Below, piece after piece: positions 1-9,183 of a stretch of 64,000 nucleotides of DNA (the first letter of the stretch is position 1; every line of letters starts with the position of its first letter). This stretch comes from a virus (taxonomy: Duplodnaviria; Heunggongvirae; Uroviricota; Caudoviricetes). The position numbers were made by a program, and so were the translations under genes. The stretch is from positions 1 through 64,000 of IMG/VR virus record IMGVR_UViG_3300048599_000194; one strand, 5' to 3'. Under the pieces are notes generated by a model. That model was not told where the DNA came from and ran no database searches. It was given only the letters and a program-made list of their open reading frames with translations.

Positions 1-270
1 CATTGCCTTGATTGCCTTGATTGCCTTGATTGCCTTGAGAGCCTTGAACACCTTGAGCGCCTGCATTGCCTTGATTGCCTTGATTGCCTTGATTGCCTTG
101 AGAGCCTTGAACACCTTGAGCGCCTGCATTGCCTTGATTGCCTTGATTGCCTTGAGAACCTGCATTGCCTTGAGCGCCTACATTGCCTTGATTGCCTTGA
201 TTGCCTTGAGAGCCTTGAACACCTTGAGCGCCTGCATTGCCTTGATTGCCTTGATTGCCTTGATTGCCTT
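1..270. repeat. 9-nt tandem repeat (ttgattgcc) with a higher-order ~63-nt unit encoding GAQGVQGSQ(GNQ)nGNA
   Basis: Near-perfect direct repeats visible at 1-63, 64-126 and as variants up to ~270. Confidence 0.95.
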
Positions 271-682
271 GAAATCCCTGGTCGCCTTGTGTACCTTGAG
301 AACCCTGATTTCCTTGAGGTCCAATATCGCCCTGTGAACCTTGATTTCCTTGCGAGCCTATATCCCCCTGAAAACCTTGAGGTCCGACATCACCTTGGAA
401 TCCCTGAGGTCCACCAGTATCTCCCTGAAAACCTTGATTTCCTTGGTATCCTTGCGGGCCTATGTCACCATTAATACCTTGACTACCCTGAGCACCTGCG
501 ACTCCTTGGAATCCGCGAGGGCCTTGAATACCTTTAATATGATCTTCTGGATATGCAACGCCTAGATCAGTTGGATTTGCATGCCAATGCGAATCATCAC
601 CTGTATGATGATGCTTAGGTACTTCAGGTTCAGGACCAAATCCAAAATTATTTTCTACATCTCTATTAGTGAACCCTGTCAT
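1..682 (-). CDS. collagen-like (Gly-X-Y) protein, probably a virion fibre; runs off the window start
   Basis: Not in the ORF track because it has no stop in the window. Manual translation from ATG 682: MTGFTNRDVENNFGFGPEPEVPKHHHTGDDSHWHANPTDLGVAYPEDHIKGIQGPRGFQGVAGAQGSQG...GNQGNQ; TAAATA late motif 6 nt upstream. Confidence 0.9.
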   Translation of the reverse strand, partial: MTGFTNRDVENNFGFGPEPEVPKHHHTGDDSHWHANPTDLGVAYPEDHIKGIQGPRGFQGVAGAQGSQGINGDIGPQGYQGNQGFQGDTGGPQGFQGDVGPQGFQGDIGSQGNQGSQGDIGPQGNQGSQGTQGDQGFQGNQGNQGNQGNAGAQGVQGSQGNQGNQGNVGAQGNAGSQGNQGNQGNAGAQGVQGSQGNQGNQGNQGNAGAQGVQGSQGNQGNQGNQGN

Positions 683-733
683 CTAAACTATTTAGCATGA
701 CATGTGAGTTTCGTTTAGGTAATATTTGTAATT

Positions 734-1192
734 TCAGATCTTCATTTCATATGGTGAAATATAATACTTTCCAGGTATATAGTCTGCATATCCCTCTTTA
801 CGATTACCTTTATATCCTGGAGATGGTGGGTTTGGTAAATTATGAACATCTCTAAGTTGTCTATATATTTTAATTTCAGACCCATCCATAATTGTCAGCC
901 ATTCATAATATGCATCTAATGGAACCTGATTATTGAACTTCCTGTCTAAATTAGACTTAAAATTAGACTCTTCAAATTCTACATAAGGTCCATGATCTCC
1001 ATATACCACTCTATTATATCCAATTGCAATTAAAGTTCCCGATAAAGAGAAAAACTCTCTACAAGAGTCCCCGAATTCTTCGAGGTTGTAAAGAGTTTCT
1101 ATTTTCTTTTTATCTTTTATTCGATTTGGATATTTTGCAGTGGTTTCTAATCTTTTTAGATAATCACTTGAAAAATACTTACCCAAATCCAT
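734..1192 (-). CDS. hypothetical protein
   Basis: 152-aa ORF coupled to the upstream ORF (TAATG overlap); VVYGDHGPYVEF and GYADY motifs. Confidence 0.7.
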   Translation of the reverse strand: MDLGKYFSSDYLKRLETTAKYPNRIKDKKKIETLYNLEEFGDSCREFFSLSGTLIAIGYNRVVYGDHGPYVEFEESNFKSNLDRKFNNQVPLDAYYEWLTIMDGSEIKIYRQLRDVHNLPNPPSPGYKGNRKEGYADYIPGKYYISPYEMKI

Positions 1193-1452
1193 TATTCCTC
1201 CGGTGTGACACCTTCCGCTTCAACCGATTCATCATATTCAGGCTCGACATCGGTCATAATAGCAAGCTCATTTGAGTCAAGAGGTGTTACCGGAGCCTCG
1301 CCTAAATATTTGGCCTGCTCCCACATTGGCTTACCTTTTCTATTTCTAGGGACGATATACAATCCACCCTTGCGAGTTTCAATTGTATGACCTGCTATTG
1401 CAGGTTTCTTCATTTTACGAGGACGACCAACCGGATTCCACATTCCAGACAT
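1192..1452 (-). CDS. hypothetical protein with an AT-hook-like GRPRK motif
   Basis: 86 aa, basic N-terminus and acidic C-terminus, coupled start/stop on both sides. Confidence 0.65.
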   Translation of the reverse strand: MSGMWNPVGRPRKMKKPAIAGHTIETRKGGLYIVPRNRKGKPMWEQAKYLGEAPVTPLDSNELAIMTDVEPEYDESVEAEGVTPEE

Positions 1453-2084
1453 TACAATACCAGCTTTGTTGGGGTTAATTCGCTTGTCGAGGTTATTATT
1501 TTCGGAGTTTCTACGATGATCTCATTCTTTGGGGTCTCTGCAAATGCCTCATCTAGCATCTTATTAGCCGCATCCTGTCTAAGTTGCATTACCTCTGGAG
1601 ACGGCAACGCATCTTCATCATTTGCAGTTCTATTTGCAATATCTTGCAATAGATTCTGCCTACGCTCATGTTCTTTTCGATCAGCTTCATTCTTCTCTTC
1701 AATATCTTGCCTAGCTTCACAAATTCCATCACCTAATTCTAATAACATTGAATAGTGTTTCTCGACTTCATCCTGCCAAAACTCTTCCGATTCTCCAGGA
1801 TATACTTCCTGTGCGGCAAGATATACTACATTTTGATCAAATTCTAGATATTCAATATGATTATAGTAACTATGTAAATCCTCGCCCTTGAAATTCCATA
1901 ACTTGAATGGAACTACGGGGGCGTCAAATTCATTTAATTCTCGAATAAATGAAGCGTTTCGTGTGCAGTAATAATCGAAATTATATACCACTTCCCCACT
2001 ATTCAACACTAGATATGGTAGGGTCGCATCTAAAAATTGAAGACGCTTTTCGTTGTATGGTACGCGAATTAGTTTCTTTTCCAT
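1452..2084 (-). CDS. hypothetical protein
   Basis: 210-aa ORF, GCTACAAT motif 6 nt upstream of the ATG. Confidence 0.7.
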   Translation of the reverse strand: MEKKLIRVPYNEKRLQFLDATLPYLVLNSGEVVYNFDYYCTRNASFIRELNEFDAPVVPFKLWNFKGEDLHSYYNHIEYLEFDQNVVYLAAQEVYPGESEEFWQDEVEKHYSMLLELGDGICEARQDIEEKNEADRKEHERRQNLLQDIANRTANDEDALPSPEVMQLRQDAANKMLDEAFAETPKNEIIVETPKIITSTSELTPTKLVL

Positions 2085-2104
2085 GTGAATATTGTAGCTA
2101 AAAC

Positions 2105-2692
2105 TTACTCATCTAGGAAGCCAACGTCAACCTTTTCATATGCAGACTTAACTGAATTGACATATTCTTGAGTTGCTTCTTTCTTCCTAAGTTCTTCCTG
2201 CGCCTTAATTTCAGCTAAAGTCTTTTCTGAATCCTCATCGATTTCGAAAAATTCGCATTTATTCAAAAAATCAAAAGTATCTAATTTAATTGAACTATTA
2301 ACTGGATTGGTTCCATAAATGGTAGTGTCATATTGAATTTCGTGATTTCTATCAATTTCAACCCAGCCACGACCGCTTCTATCGATTAAGAATTCAAATA
2401 CTTCACTTCCGGCTGAACTTCCATCCGTAATAAAATTACAAAACAACACCCTATTAATTGAATCAGTGGAAGATAATGGTATTCTAATGACAGTATCATC
2501 TGACATTTCCCCGAATCCGTTTCTAGTATAAAATTCGAGGAATGCTGATTCTTCTGGAGTTTCTAGTTCTACTACGAAATATCGCCGAATAAAGTAAGGG
2601 ATTTTAGAAACTACTTGAAGTAAATTAAAATCTCTTAATTCTAATTTACCTGCAACCTCATGATCGGCAATCAATTCGTCGTATACTTTCAC
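2105..2692 (-). CDS. hypothetical protein
   Basis: 195-aa ORF, GTGA overlap with the upstream gene. Confidence 0.7.
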   Translation of the reverse strand: MKVYDELIADHEVAGKLELRDFNLLQVVSKIPYFIRRYFVVELETPEESAFLEFYTRNGFGEMSDDTVIRIPLSSTDSINRVLFCNFITDGSSAGSEVFEFLIDRSGRGWVEIDRNHEIQYDTTIYGTNPVNSSIKLDTFDFLNKCEFFEIDEDSEKTLAEIKAQEELRKKEATQEYVNSVKSAYEKVDVGFLDE

Positions 2693-3708
2693 TTGATTAA
2701 TCCTCGCTGGGCTAGAAATTCATGACTCTCGTCGTGCGCTTGTTTCATATACTGAATCAATAACCAGTCATTCCAGAATTCGTAATTAGGGTCTGGGAGT
2801 GTATTTGGTAGTAAAAGAACTCTTTCAATTTCGGTCGAGATCCAGTCCTCAATGTATCCCTTATTGTACTTACCGGCCCTAATATCCCTTAGTTCCTGAA
2901 CACGAGGCGACGGAAATTCTAGTTTTCCGTAAGTCATATAGTCTTCCAACTGCCAGATGATTCTAAGTGCGTGGTAATATGCCTTCAAATCCAATCCATC
3001 ATTCTTTGCCGCTTCTTCGGCCCTCTTCCCGTATGTCTTACGTTTATCAAGAAGTACCGGATATACTTCAGAGAACTTACGATTCATCGGGAAGGAGCAA
3101 TTAGGTCCATATAGGTAATCCTCTTCCAGAAATGGCGCAGGAGGATCTCCTTCGTATACTTCACCCGAATGCGTTTTCTTCTGAACACTAAAATGCTTAA
3201 ATTCCGAAATATCTATTTTATCTACAATTTCACCAATTGTAGTTGTCGTTTTGACAATAAAAACATCAAGTGCTTTAATAAAAGCATCCAATTCCTTGAT
3301 TTTTTCTCCCTTTGCCGAATATTTCGCCGCTTGCGATTGAACATATCCGATAAAAGGCTTTACGTTATTGCTAACTAACAAATGTCTGTTCTCTATAATA
3401 TCATCCCATTCAGGGGAACGCTCTAAAATCAAATGTTCAGGAGTAAAGAGCAAATCAATTGCATACGTCTGGCCCGATAGGGCTTCCTTGATGAAGTGTC
3501 GAAGCTCTTTAGATTCGAAATCAACATCAACCGACGTATTTTTTGATGTTGTATTTGTATTCTTATTGTAGCATCCGGAATATTTTCCAGTTAATAGTAC
3601 ATCGGTCGGATTCATGTGAATCTGCTTAAGATCAGTATCCGATTCTGGTGTATTGGTTCCATACAAATGAGAACCGTAGATAGATTTGAACAATATTCTA
3701 TTCTGCAT
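2689..3708 (-). CDS. Pol-beta superfamily nucleotidyltransferase (RlaP/T4 NrdC.11-like)
   Basis: N-terminal GSHLYGTNTPESDTDLK motif (GS...DxD); KAYYHALR; GGAGG SD. Confidence 0.85.
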   Translation of the reverse strand: MQNRILFKSIYGSHLYGTNTPESDTDLKQIHMNPTDVLLTGKYSGCYNKNTNTTSKNTSVDVDFESKELRHFIKEALSGQTYAIDLLFTPEHLILERSPEWDDIIENRHLLVSNNVKPFIGYVQSQAAKYSAKGEKIKELDAFIKALDVFIVKTTTTIGEIVDKIDISEFKHFSVQKKTHSGEVYEGDPPAPFLEEDYLYGPNCSFPMNRKFSEVYPVLLDKRKTYGKRAEEAAKNDGLDLKAYYHALRIIWQLEDYMTYGKLEFPSPRVQELRDIRAGKYNKGYIEDWISTEIERVLLLPNTLPDPNYEFWNDWLLIQYMKQAHDESHEFLAQRGLIK

Positions 3709-3738
3709 TTAATCCTCCTGCACTAAAATATCGAAAAT

Positions 3739-3767
3739 AAGATACTTTAGGTGACATTGCGCGTCAA
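3739..3767 (-). promoter_or_regulatory. early sigma70-type promoter
   Basis: TTGACG-N17-TATCTT, same consensus as seven other sites. Confidence 0.8.
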
Positions 3768-3811
3768 CCGTTTTTTAATTCACTTTTTCTAAATAACTGA
3801 GAGGTAAAAAA

Positions 3812-4174
3812 ATGAGTGTCACCCAACTAACTACAGAAAAATTTGAAGAAATAATGAACAACGTCTCATCTGAAGCTATTTACGCACCCGCCGCGATAAT
3901 GGAGAGTCGTAAAGCCCACATTAAGCAAGTACCATTAGCGGAGGCTCGCAAGAAAATTGAAGAGAAAAATGCCGCTAAGAAGAAAGCTGTAGGAGAATCA
4001 AAAAAGAAAATGACGGAAGCGGCTGAAAACATCAGTGACTTGTATTCTAATTTGGTTCTTGAGGGTGTTTTTGATCAGGCTAAGACAATGACGCCCGAAG
4101 TAAGTGACAAAATCGAGGCTTTGAAGATAGCTCTATCCGAGGCCGCATTGGTTGCAAAGGACTTCCTGGTATAA
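3812..4174 (+). CDS. late protein, possible internal head protein
   Basis: TAAATA at 3790-3795 plus GAGG SD; several L/I-x-E motifs. Confidence 0.7.
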   Translation: MSVTQLTTEKFEEIMNNVSSEAIYAPAAIMESRKAHIKQVPLAEARKKIEEKNAAKKKAVGESKKKMTEAAENISDLYSNLVLEGVFDQAKTMTPEVSDKIEALKIALSEAALVAKDFLV

Positions 4175-4515
4175 TGAGACTGTCCATCCTATGTGAGGGT
4201 CTAGAGGCTCGTAAGAGCCTCCTGGAAGACGGTGAGGGCATGACCGCAGGTGCGATGGGTGACTCGAATGCGGCCAGTGCTGTAGCACCTACGGGAACCT
4301 CCGTTCCAGGGGTTACTACCAGCGCAGATGTTGCCATGTATCCAAAATATCTAGGATTCTCTTATAGGGGCGGGACGGTAAAATTGAGAGGTAAGCATAA
4401 AAAAAGAAAGAGTCTCCATGAAGAGACTCTTAATCAATTACTGGGCGCACTACTTGAAGATTATTCTAGTCGCATATCTAAAAACCCAGACATCAACGAA
4501 ATAGCCGACGATTAA
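4174..4515 (+). CDS. late protein, possible internal head protein
   Basis: Coupled to the upstream ORF; MRLSILCE, LLED, LHEE motifs. Confidence 0.65.
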   Translation: MRLSILCEGLEARKSLLEDGEGMTAGAMGDSNAASAVAPTGTSVPGVTTSADVAMYPKYLGFSYRGGTVKLRGKHKKRKSLHEETLNQLLGALLEDYSSRISKNPDINEIADD

Positions 4516-4712
4516 TTTCGGTTCTTCTGTTTTCGCAAATACGATCTAACATCTTGGATAAATTTCTCGCCTGACGATGTGAGCTTAAATCTTCCATCCT
4601 CGTCAGGTGCTAAATATCCCTTCTTCAAGGCATTCTTAGCCAATACAGGATTATAGCTCATGAAATATTCGTTAATTTCCTTGAGTAGATCGGTCTTCCA
4701 ACTCTGAGACAT
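4512..4712 (-). CDS. small hypothetical protein, possibly winged-helix
   Basis: 66 aa; LKKGYL...FKLTSSGEKF resembles a wHTH wing. Confidence 0.55.
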   Translation of the reverse strand: MSQSWKTDLLKEINEYFMSYNPVLAKNALKKGYLAPDEDGRFKLTSSGEKFIQDVRSYLRKQKNRN

Positions 4713-4776
4713 TATTTTTATGGCACCTTTCTTCGACGCATTTTGTAATCAATGCGTCTATTTTGTATTGTAGCGA

Positions 4777-5895
4777 TTATTTCCTGGCAAGGAAAGCGTC
4801 ATACTCTCCCATGTGATTCTTGCTCAATTCAAGATCATAGTTATTGGAAATCAACCCTCCAACAAAACTATGAATTTTAATAGCATCCCGCCCTTCAAGA
4901 TAATGAGAGGAACATTCAGTTAGAAGTTGAATCATCGATAGGACAGAAGGGCGCATTGGGATACTACTAGCAACCTTATCTGACACTTGGCTAAGACTTG
5001 CTATCCCAAGATCTTCAGCAAAATCACCTAGCATGTCACTGAATTTCCATACTGCAGTGTGCATTTTAGTATTGGAATCATTATCCTTCATAATATTGGA
5101 GAATAGCTTACTGATCTTAAATGCCTCTCTCATTGAGAGATATGATAGATCGGCATTCTGGAAGCGATTTCTCAATTGAATGAATCCATCTTCGTTTCGA
5201 TAGCTATCAATGATGGTTTCTAGTGTCTTAACTCCATCATTCTCTACCTTGAAGGTGGATCTGAACACTGGACTAATTGCAATAGCACCGTTGGTGCATA
5301 CCTCGCGTTCAGCCGCAATGTATGTCAGTGGGATTCCTAGCCCGTCAATAGGAGTCTGAATCTGAAAGTAGCCATTGTAGTCATCCCCCGCGATATTAAA
5401 GTTCGCAATTGGATCCTTAGCCCTATATTCTGCGTACACTACACCATTCTGAAATCTAAAGTCCCTCAGGTCGTCATTCTTTTTATTCAGAACTTCCATA
5501 ACGGAATCAAATCTAGTTTGAGAATTACTACGAGAAATTCCATATCCATAGAAATGATTTCCACTATCTGGAACATATTCGAGACAAATTGCGGCCAACG
5601 GGGAATCTGTTTTCTCTCTAATTCTATTGAAAACTTCATCATATGGGAAATAATCAAAGAATTGTTCCGATGGAGTTCCTAACTTATATTCATGAAACAA
5701 CGATTTCCAGAATCTATCTGTAGGTTTGATTGTGATTCCATTTTTATGGTCGATAATGGTTTTGACCTTTTTAGATCGACCCATCTTAGAATCTCGATGA
5801 TAAGACACCGTGACCTCACACTGAGTCAAATCTAGAGTTCCATATCTAATCGTTGGAAGATTTTTATTGAGCTTCTCTAGTATGTATGAATTCAT
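4777..5895 (-). CDS. DUF932-like phage protein
   Basis: REVCTNGAI motif typical of the DUF932/LGT_TIGR03299 group. Confidence 0.6.
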   Translation of the reverse strand: MNSYILEKLNKNLPTIRYGTLDLTQCEVTVSYHRDSKMGRSKKVKTIIDHKNGITIKPTDRFWKSLFHEYKLGTPSEQFFDYFPYDEVFNRIREKTDSPLAAICLEYVPDSGNHFYGYGISRSNSQTRFDSVMEVLNKKNDDLRDFRFQNGVVYAEYRAKDPIANFNIAGDDYNGYFQIQTPIDGLGIPLTYIAAEREVCTNGAIAISPVFRSTFKVENDGVKTLETIIDSYRNEDGFIQLRNRFQNADLSYLSMREAFKISKLFSNIMKDNDSNTKMHTAVWKFSDMLGDFAEDLGIASLSQVSDKVASSIPMRPSVLSMIQLLTECSSHYLEGRDAIKIHSFVGGLISNNYDLELSKNHMGEYDAFLARK

Positions 5896-6422
5896 GCTCT
5901 ACCTTTCCTATTCAATGCAATTTCTCTTTCCTTGAGATCCCTAGCCATCTGTTGCAGTTGATTAGATTTTATCTTGAGTATTTCAGTGAGGGCTTTCTTC
6001 TCTTCATGATCAAGTGCAATTCCAATTGCGACTAACACCCAAGCATATTGTTTGACTGTGGATCGAAGGTCGCCTAAAAATTCATCGGCAATCTGTTCAT
6101 CCGTCTTTCCATAAGTATACGACTCCGCAATGAGATCGTCAACAGAAAGTTGAGTTGGTTCGCTTGCGTTATCTTCGTCTCCAAGGTGGTCATTTATTGT
6201 AGGGGTCGTGAAATGATCAGAATTTTCTGATTTATTTCCATCGTCGGAATGCTTATTACACGATTCAACTACAGAATCAATAGATACTCCAATAATAGAC
6301 CATAAATCATTGATTGTATCTTCTACCTTATTCGTAAAATTCATGATCGCCGCAACTTCTTTTGCGTTTGCGACCATTCCATCGATTTTGGGTCCAAAAA
6401 AAGATGTTCCCGGTTCAGCCAT
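5892..6422 (-). CDS. hypothetical protein
   Basis: 176-aa ORF overlapping neighbours in an operon. Confidence 0.7.
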   Translation of the reverse strand: MAEPGTSFFGPKIDGMVANAKEVAAIMNFTNKVEDTINDLWSIIGVSIDSVVESCNKHSDDGNKSENSDHFTTPTINDHLGDEDNASEPTQLSVDDLIAESYTYGKTDEQIADEFLGDLRSTVKQYAWVLVAIGIALDHEEKKALTEILKIKSNQLQQMARDLKEREIALNRKGRA

Positions 6423-7632
6423 TTTCTGCTCCTTCTGTGATTGCCGCTAATTCTTCTAAATCTGGTACTTGGTTATACAGTCTTCGATGCTCATTAATGA
6501 ATGCAAACTGCTCTTGTTCTTTTTGATTGATATTGAATTTCATGCTTTCCATTGCAGTTGCATTCTTTGCCAAAGAAAGCCTATATTTCAACGTCTCTTC
6601 AGTTAATTGAGTGATAAATTCTTTGGAGAATGAAGTTTGAGTCCATTTATCTCCCTTTTGTACATACGAATTTAACGATTTAGCGACCCTAGCAAATGAA
6701 TATCCGTCGCCCGCAACCTGAACAATATTCGCAATCGTCTTTCCTGTCGCGAGTCTTAATACCCGACCCCCCATTTGAATGGTCAACCCCTTAACTGAAG
6801 GTTTAACAAATACGCTCTGCAAGTCAGGAAAATCAATACCTTCTGTTAATAGCATCAAATTACATATCACCTTAATTTCACCCATTTCAAATCGGGTATA
6901 TATCAATTCTCTTGATTCCTCTGACATTGTACCATATACCGAGGCGGCTTTAATTCCAGCGGCCTTAAGTAAAGACACAGCATATTCAGATTCTTCACTT
7001 GTATGGAAGAACATTATACTCTTGCCGAACTTATCAACATCTTTCAAATAAACAGAAACAACCTCATCAGGTGACCACTTATTGATTAGATAGTGGTTAT
7101 ATTGCGAAAGGTATCCAAGTTCAATAAGAGAATTAATACCATAATCCTCTACTATTTTCTCGAACACTAGTTTAATTCGGTCACTTCTCCAGTTAGTTGC
7201 GGTTAATCCGAGTGTTTTCCTAGGATTAATCCGTCCAACCAGTCTAACTCCAGAATCACATGCGCTATGGTGTGCTTCATCAAATACCACTAGATCTGCA
7301 TTTCTTAAAGGAGCTACATCCTTTTCGTATATGGAAACAGCCCGAAAATCGAGATCTTTGCACTTCTTATCCAAATTCATCCATGTAAAATAATCATTTG
7401 CCTGCTTGAGTAATCTATGTCGATGCGCAATGAATACAATCTTCTTATAGTCGTGTCCATATAGTTCTTCAATAATCCGCATTGCGGTTACTGTTTTCCC
7501 CGATCCACACGGAGACAGTAGCATTACACTATGATTTTCTCGATTAATGTAACTGTCTATTTCAGTGAAATACTTAACGGTGGAGGCGACCAACCTGCTC
7601 TGATATTCTCTTTCCTTATAGGTAAATTCCAT
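6415..7632 (-). CDS. superfamily 2 DEAH helicase
   Basis: PCGSGKT Walker A, DEAHH, TAT, EGIDFP, QMGGR; start moved to ATG 7632 after GGAGG SD. Confidence 0.9.
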   Translation of the reverse strand: MEFTYKEREYQSRLVASTVKYFTEIDSYINRENHSVMLLSPCGSGKTVTAMRIIEELYGHDYKKIVFIAHRHRLLKQANDYFTWMNLDKKCKDLDFRAVSIYEKDVAPLRNADLVVFDEAHHSACDSGVRLVGRINPRKTLGLTATNWRSDRIKLVFEKIVEDYGINSLIELGYLSQYNHYLINKWSPDEVVSVYLKDVDKFGKSIMFFHTSEESEYAVSLLKAAGIKAASVYGTMSEESRELIYTRFEMGEIKVICNLMLLTEGIDFPDLQSVFVKPSVKGLTIQMGGRVLRLATGKTIANIVQVAGDGYSFARVAKSLNSYVQKGDKWTQTSFSKEFITQLTEETLKYRLSLAKNATAMESMKFNINQKEQEQFAFINEHRRLYNQVPDLEELAAITEGAENG

Positions 7633-7651
7633 CAATATTCCTCCGACAGGA

Positions 7652-7680
7652 AAGATACTATGAATATCCAAATTCGTCAA
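7652..7680 (-). promoter_or_regulatory. early sigma70-type promoter
   Basis: TTGACG-N17-TATCTT. Confidence 0.8.
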
Positions 7681-7701
7681 CCATAAAACTAAATAATCAC
7701 C

Positions 7702-8178
7702 ATGAACCTCGAACGCTTCCCATTAGGAAATCCAGACATTGAAGTTCTTCCAGGAGAACAGAAATATCCATTCAAATTACGAAAAGATTTCGTGTATCTA
7801 TTTCCAGGGGATAAAGATTTCGCCCCTCAAACATTTGTAGCACCAGCTACATATCAAACGGATTTCTTCTCTATTCCACAAATATTATGGCCCGTTTTAT
7901 CTCCGATTGGACCTGGAATACATGGTTCTATAATCCATGACTTATTGTGCTCAACTGAATGGGGATTGCCGGGAGAATCGGTTAAAAGAAGAGTTCTACG
8001 CGCAAATAGAGTATTGCGTCAAGCAATGATTGATTCTGGGTGCCCTAAATGGAGAGTGTCTATTATATATCTAGGGGTTCAAATAGGATGTATATACACT
8101 TGGAAAGATCATAATCCAGTTGAAGTGTCTGATGATCTTCAATTAATGCTAGAAGCCACCGAAAAGTTTATTAAGTAG
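7702..8178 (+). CDS. DUF1353 family protein
   Basis: TDFFSIP..LW and IIHDLL motifs; TAAATA 6 nt upstream. Confidence 0.75.
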   Translation: MNLERFPLGNPDIEVLPGEQKYPFKLRKDFVYLFPGDKDFAPQTFVAPATYQTDFFSIPQILWPVLSPIGPGIHGSIIHDLLCSTEWGLPGESVKRRVLRANRVLRQAMIDSGCPKWRVSIIYLGVQIGCIYTWKDHNPVEVSDDLQLMLEATEKFIK

Positions 8179-8707
8179 CGTCTCCGCCTCTTAATTTCTC
8201 TAAGAGAGATGCCATATCTCCCCCATTAGCCTTTATTGACTTAGTTTCGGTTATTGTTACTTCATTTGGTGTAGGTGCGGCCTTCATCATTTTTGCATTT
8301 TCCGATTGTCTCTGTAATTGCATTAACTTAGTACATGCATCGAGCACGCTTTTATTCAAATCAGAATAAACTTCAAATAATCTAGGCTCGGCTCCTACCA
8401 TTATAGAACCTTCCATAATTTCAAGAGTTGATTGCATTTTTATTATTTGAACCTTAATAGTCTCTCTAATGAATTCCTTATCTTCAAATGACTCTTCTGG
8501 ATCAGCTAATACTTCTTTTGCAGTCTGAACCGCAACTTCAGTTGCTTTTTTTACCGTTTTGGCTAAACCTTTTGGAATTGGAGTTGACCCTTCGGGTAAA
8601 TTCATAGCACTTTCGAGTCCGCTGAATGCGGTTCGAACTTTATCAATTCGATTTGATCTAATATCCCCAATTTCCAATTCTTCTGATGAGCCTAACCAAT
8701 CGTCCAT
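8171..8707 (-). CDS. terminase small subunit (T4 gp16-like)
   Basis: EPRLFEVYSDLNKSVLDACTKLMQLQ resembles the gp16 PRxxEV...KL motif; start reassigned to ATG 8707 with TAAATA 5 nt upstream. Confidence 0.65.
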   Translation of the reverse strand: MDDWLGSSEELEIGDIRSNRIDKVRTAFSGLESAMNLPEGSTPIPKGLAKTVKKATEVAVQTAKEVLADPEESFEDKEFIRETIKVQIIKMQSTLEIMEGSIMVGAEPRLFEVYSDLNKSVLDACTKLMQLQRQSENAKMMKAAPTPNEVTITETKSIKANGGDMASLLEKLRGGDAT

Positions 8708-8759
8708 ATTTTTATTTATCTCAAAAATCAAGAATAAATAAGCTATAAGGAGCATTGAA

Positions 8760-9050
8760 ATGACAACACCAGTTAAAATTAAGCCAAAAGGATCGAATTC
8801 TACGTATATTCTTGAATCCGTTGCACCTAATAAGAACGGAGAAAAGGTAACATATAAAGACAATGTATATGTAAAAGAGGAACTTCCCTCCGAATATGTC
8901 ATGTTCGAAGGTGTAGCATTCAAGCGAGGAATGAGCCTTGATGAATACAATAAGAAAACAATGATGGAATCTGCAGGTAAACCTGCTAAAGTTCCAGCTA
9001 AGATTAAGATCAAAGGCACCGACACTATTCTAGAAGCAATTAAACAATAA
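8760..9050 (+). CDS. late hypothetical protein
   Basis: TAAATA 8735-8740, AAGGAG SD. Confidence 0.7.
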   Translation: MTTPVKIKPKGSNSTYILESVAPNKNGEKVTYKDNVYVKEELPSEYVMFEGVAFKRGMSLDEYNKKTMMESAGKPAKVPAKIKIKGTDTILEAIKQ

Positions 9051-9060
9051 GGATTTAATG

Positions 9061-9153
9061 ATGAGTGTAGAAAAACCAAAAGACAAAAAGGTAATTCTTG
9101 AGACAATTGAGCCTAAAGAAAAACCAATAAAAGAATCAAAAGAACAGAAATAA
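9061..9153 (+). CDS. 30-aa Lys/Glu-rich small protein
   Basis: MSVEKPKDKKVILETIEPKEKPIKESKEQK; AAGGA SD; ends just before a terminator. Confidence 0.5.
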   Translation: MSVEKPKDKKVILETIEPKEKPIKESKEQK

Positions 9154-9182
9154 AAAAGGCCCTCAATGAGGGCCTTTCTTTT
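9153..9182. terminator. bidirectional intrinsic terminator
   Basis: AAAAAGGCCCTC-AAT-GAGGGCCTTTCTTTT between convergent genes. Confidence 0.85.
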
Positions 9183-9183
9183 A

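Noticed and set aside
1-270. Possible CRISPR array or origin iterons
   Set aside because: No unique spacers; repeat units are multiples of 9 nt and encode collagen triplets
8-565. Plus-strand ORFs with IALIAL repeats that look like membrane proteins
   Set aside because: Antisense shadows of the minus-strand collagen-like gene, which has a late promoter and a Gly-X-Y register
3567-3575. Extra TGCTACAAT motif inside the nucleotidyltransferase gene (also plus-strand copies near 9463 and 30150)
   Set aside because: Deep inside coding sequence with no suitably placed start; treated as background, which shows the short motif has false positives
8708-9106. Hydrophobic N-terminal extension of ORF 8171..9106
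   Set aside because: It is antisense to the well-supported plus-strand genes at 8760 and 9061; the real start is ATG 8707 with TAAATA 5 nt upstream
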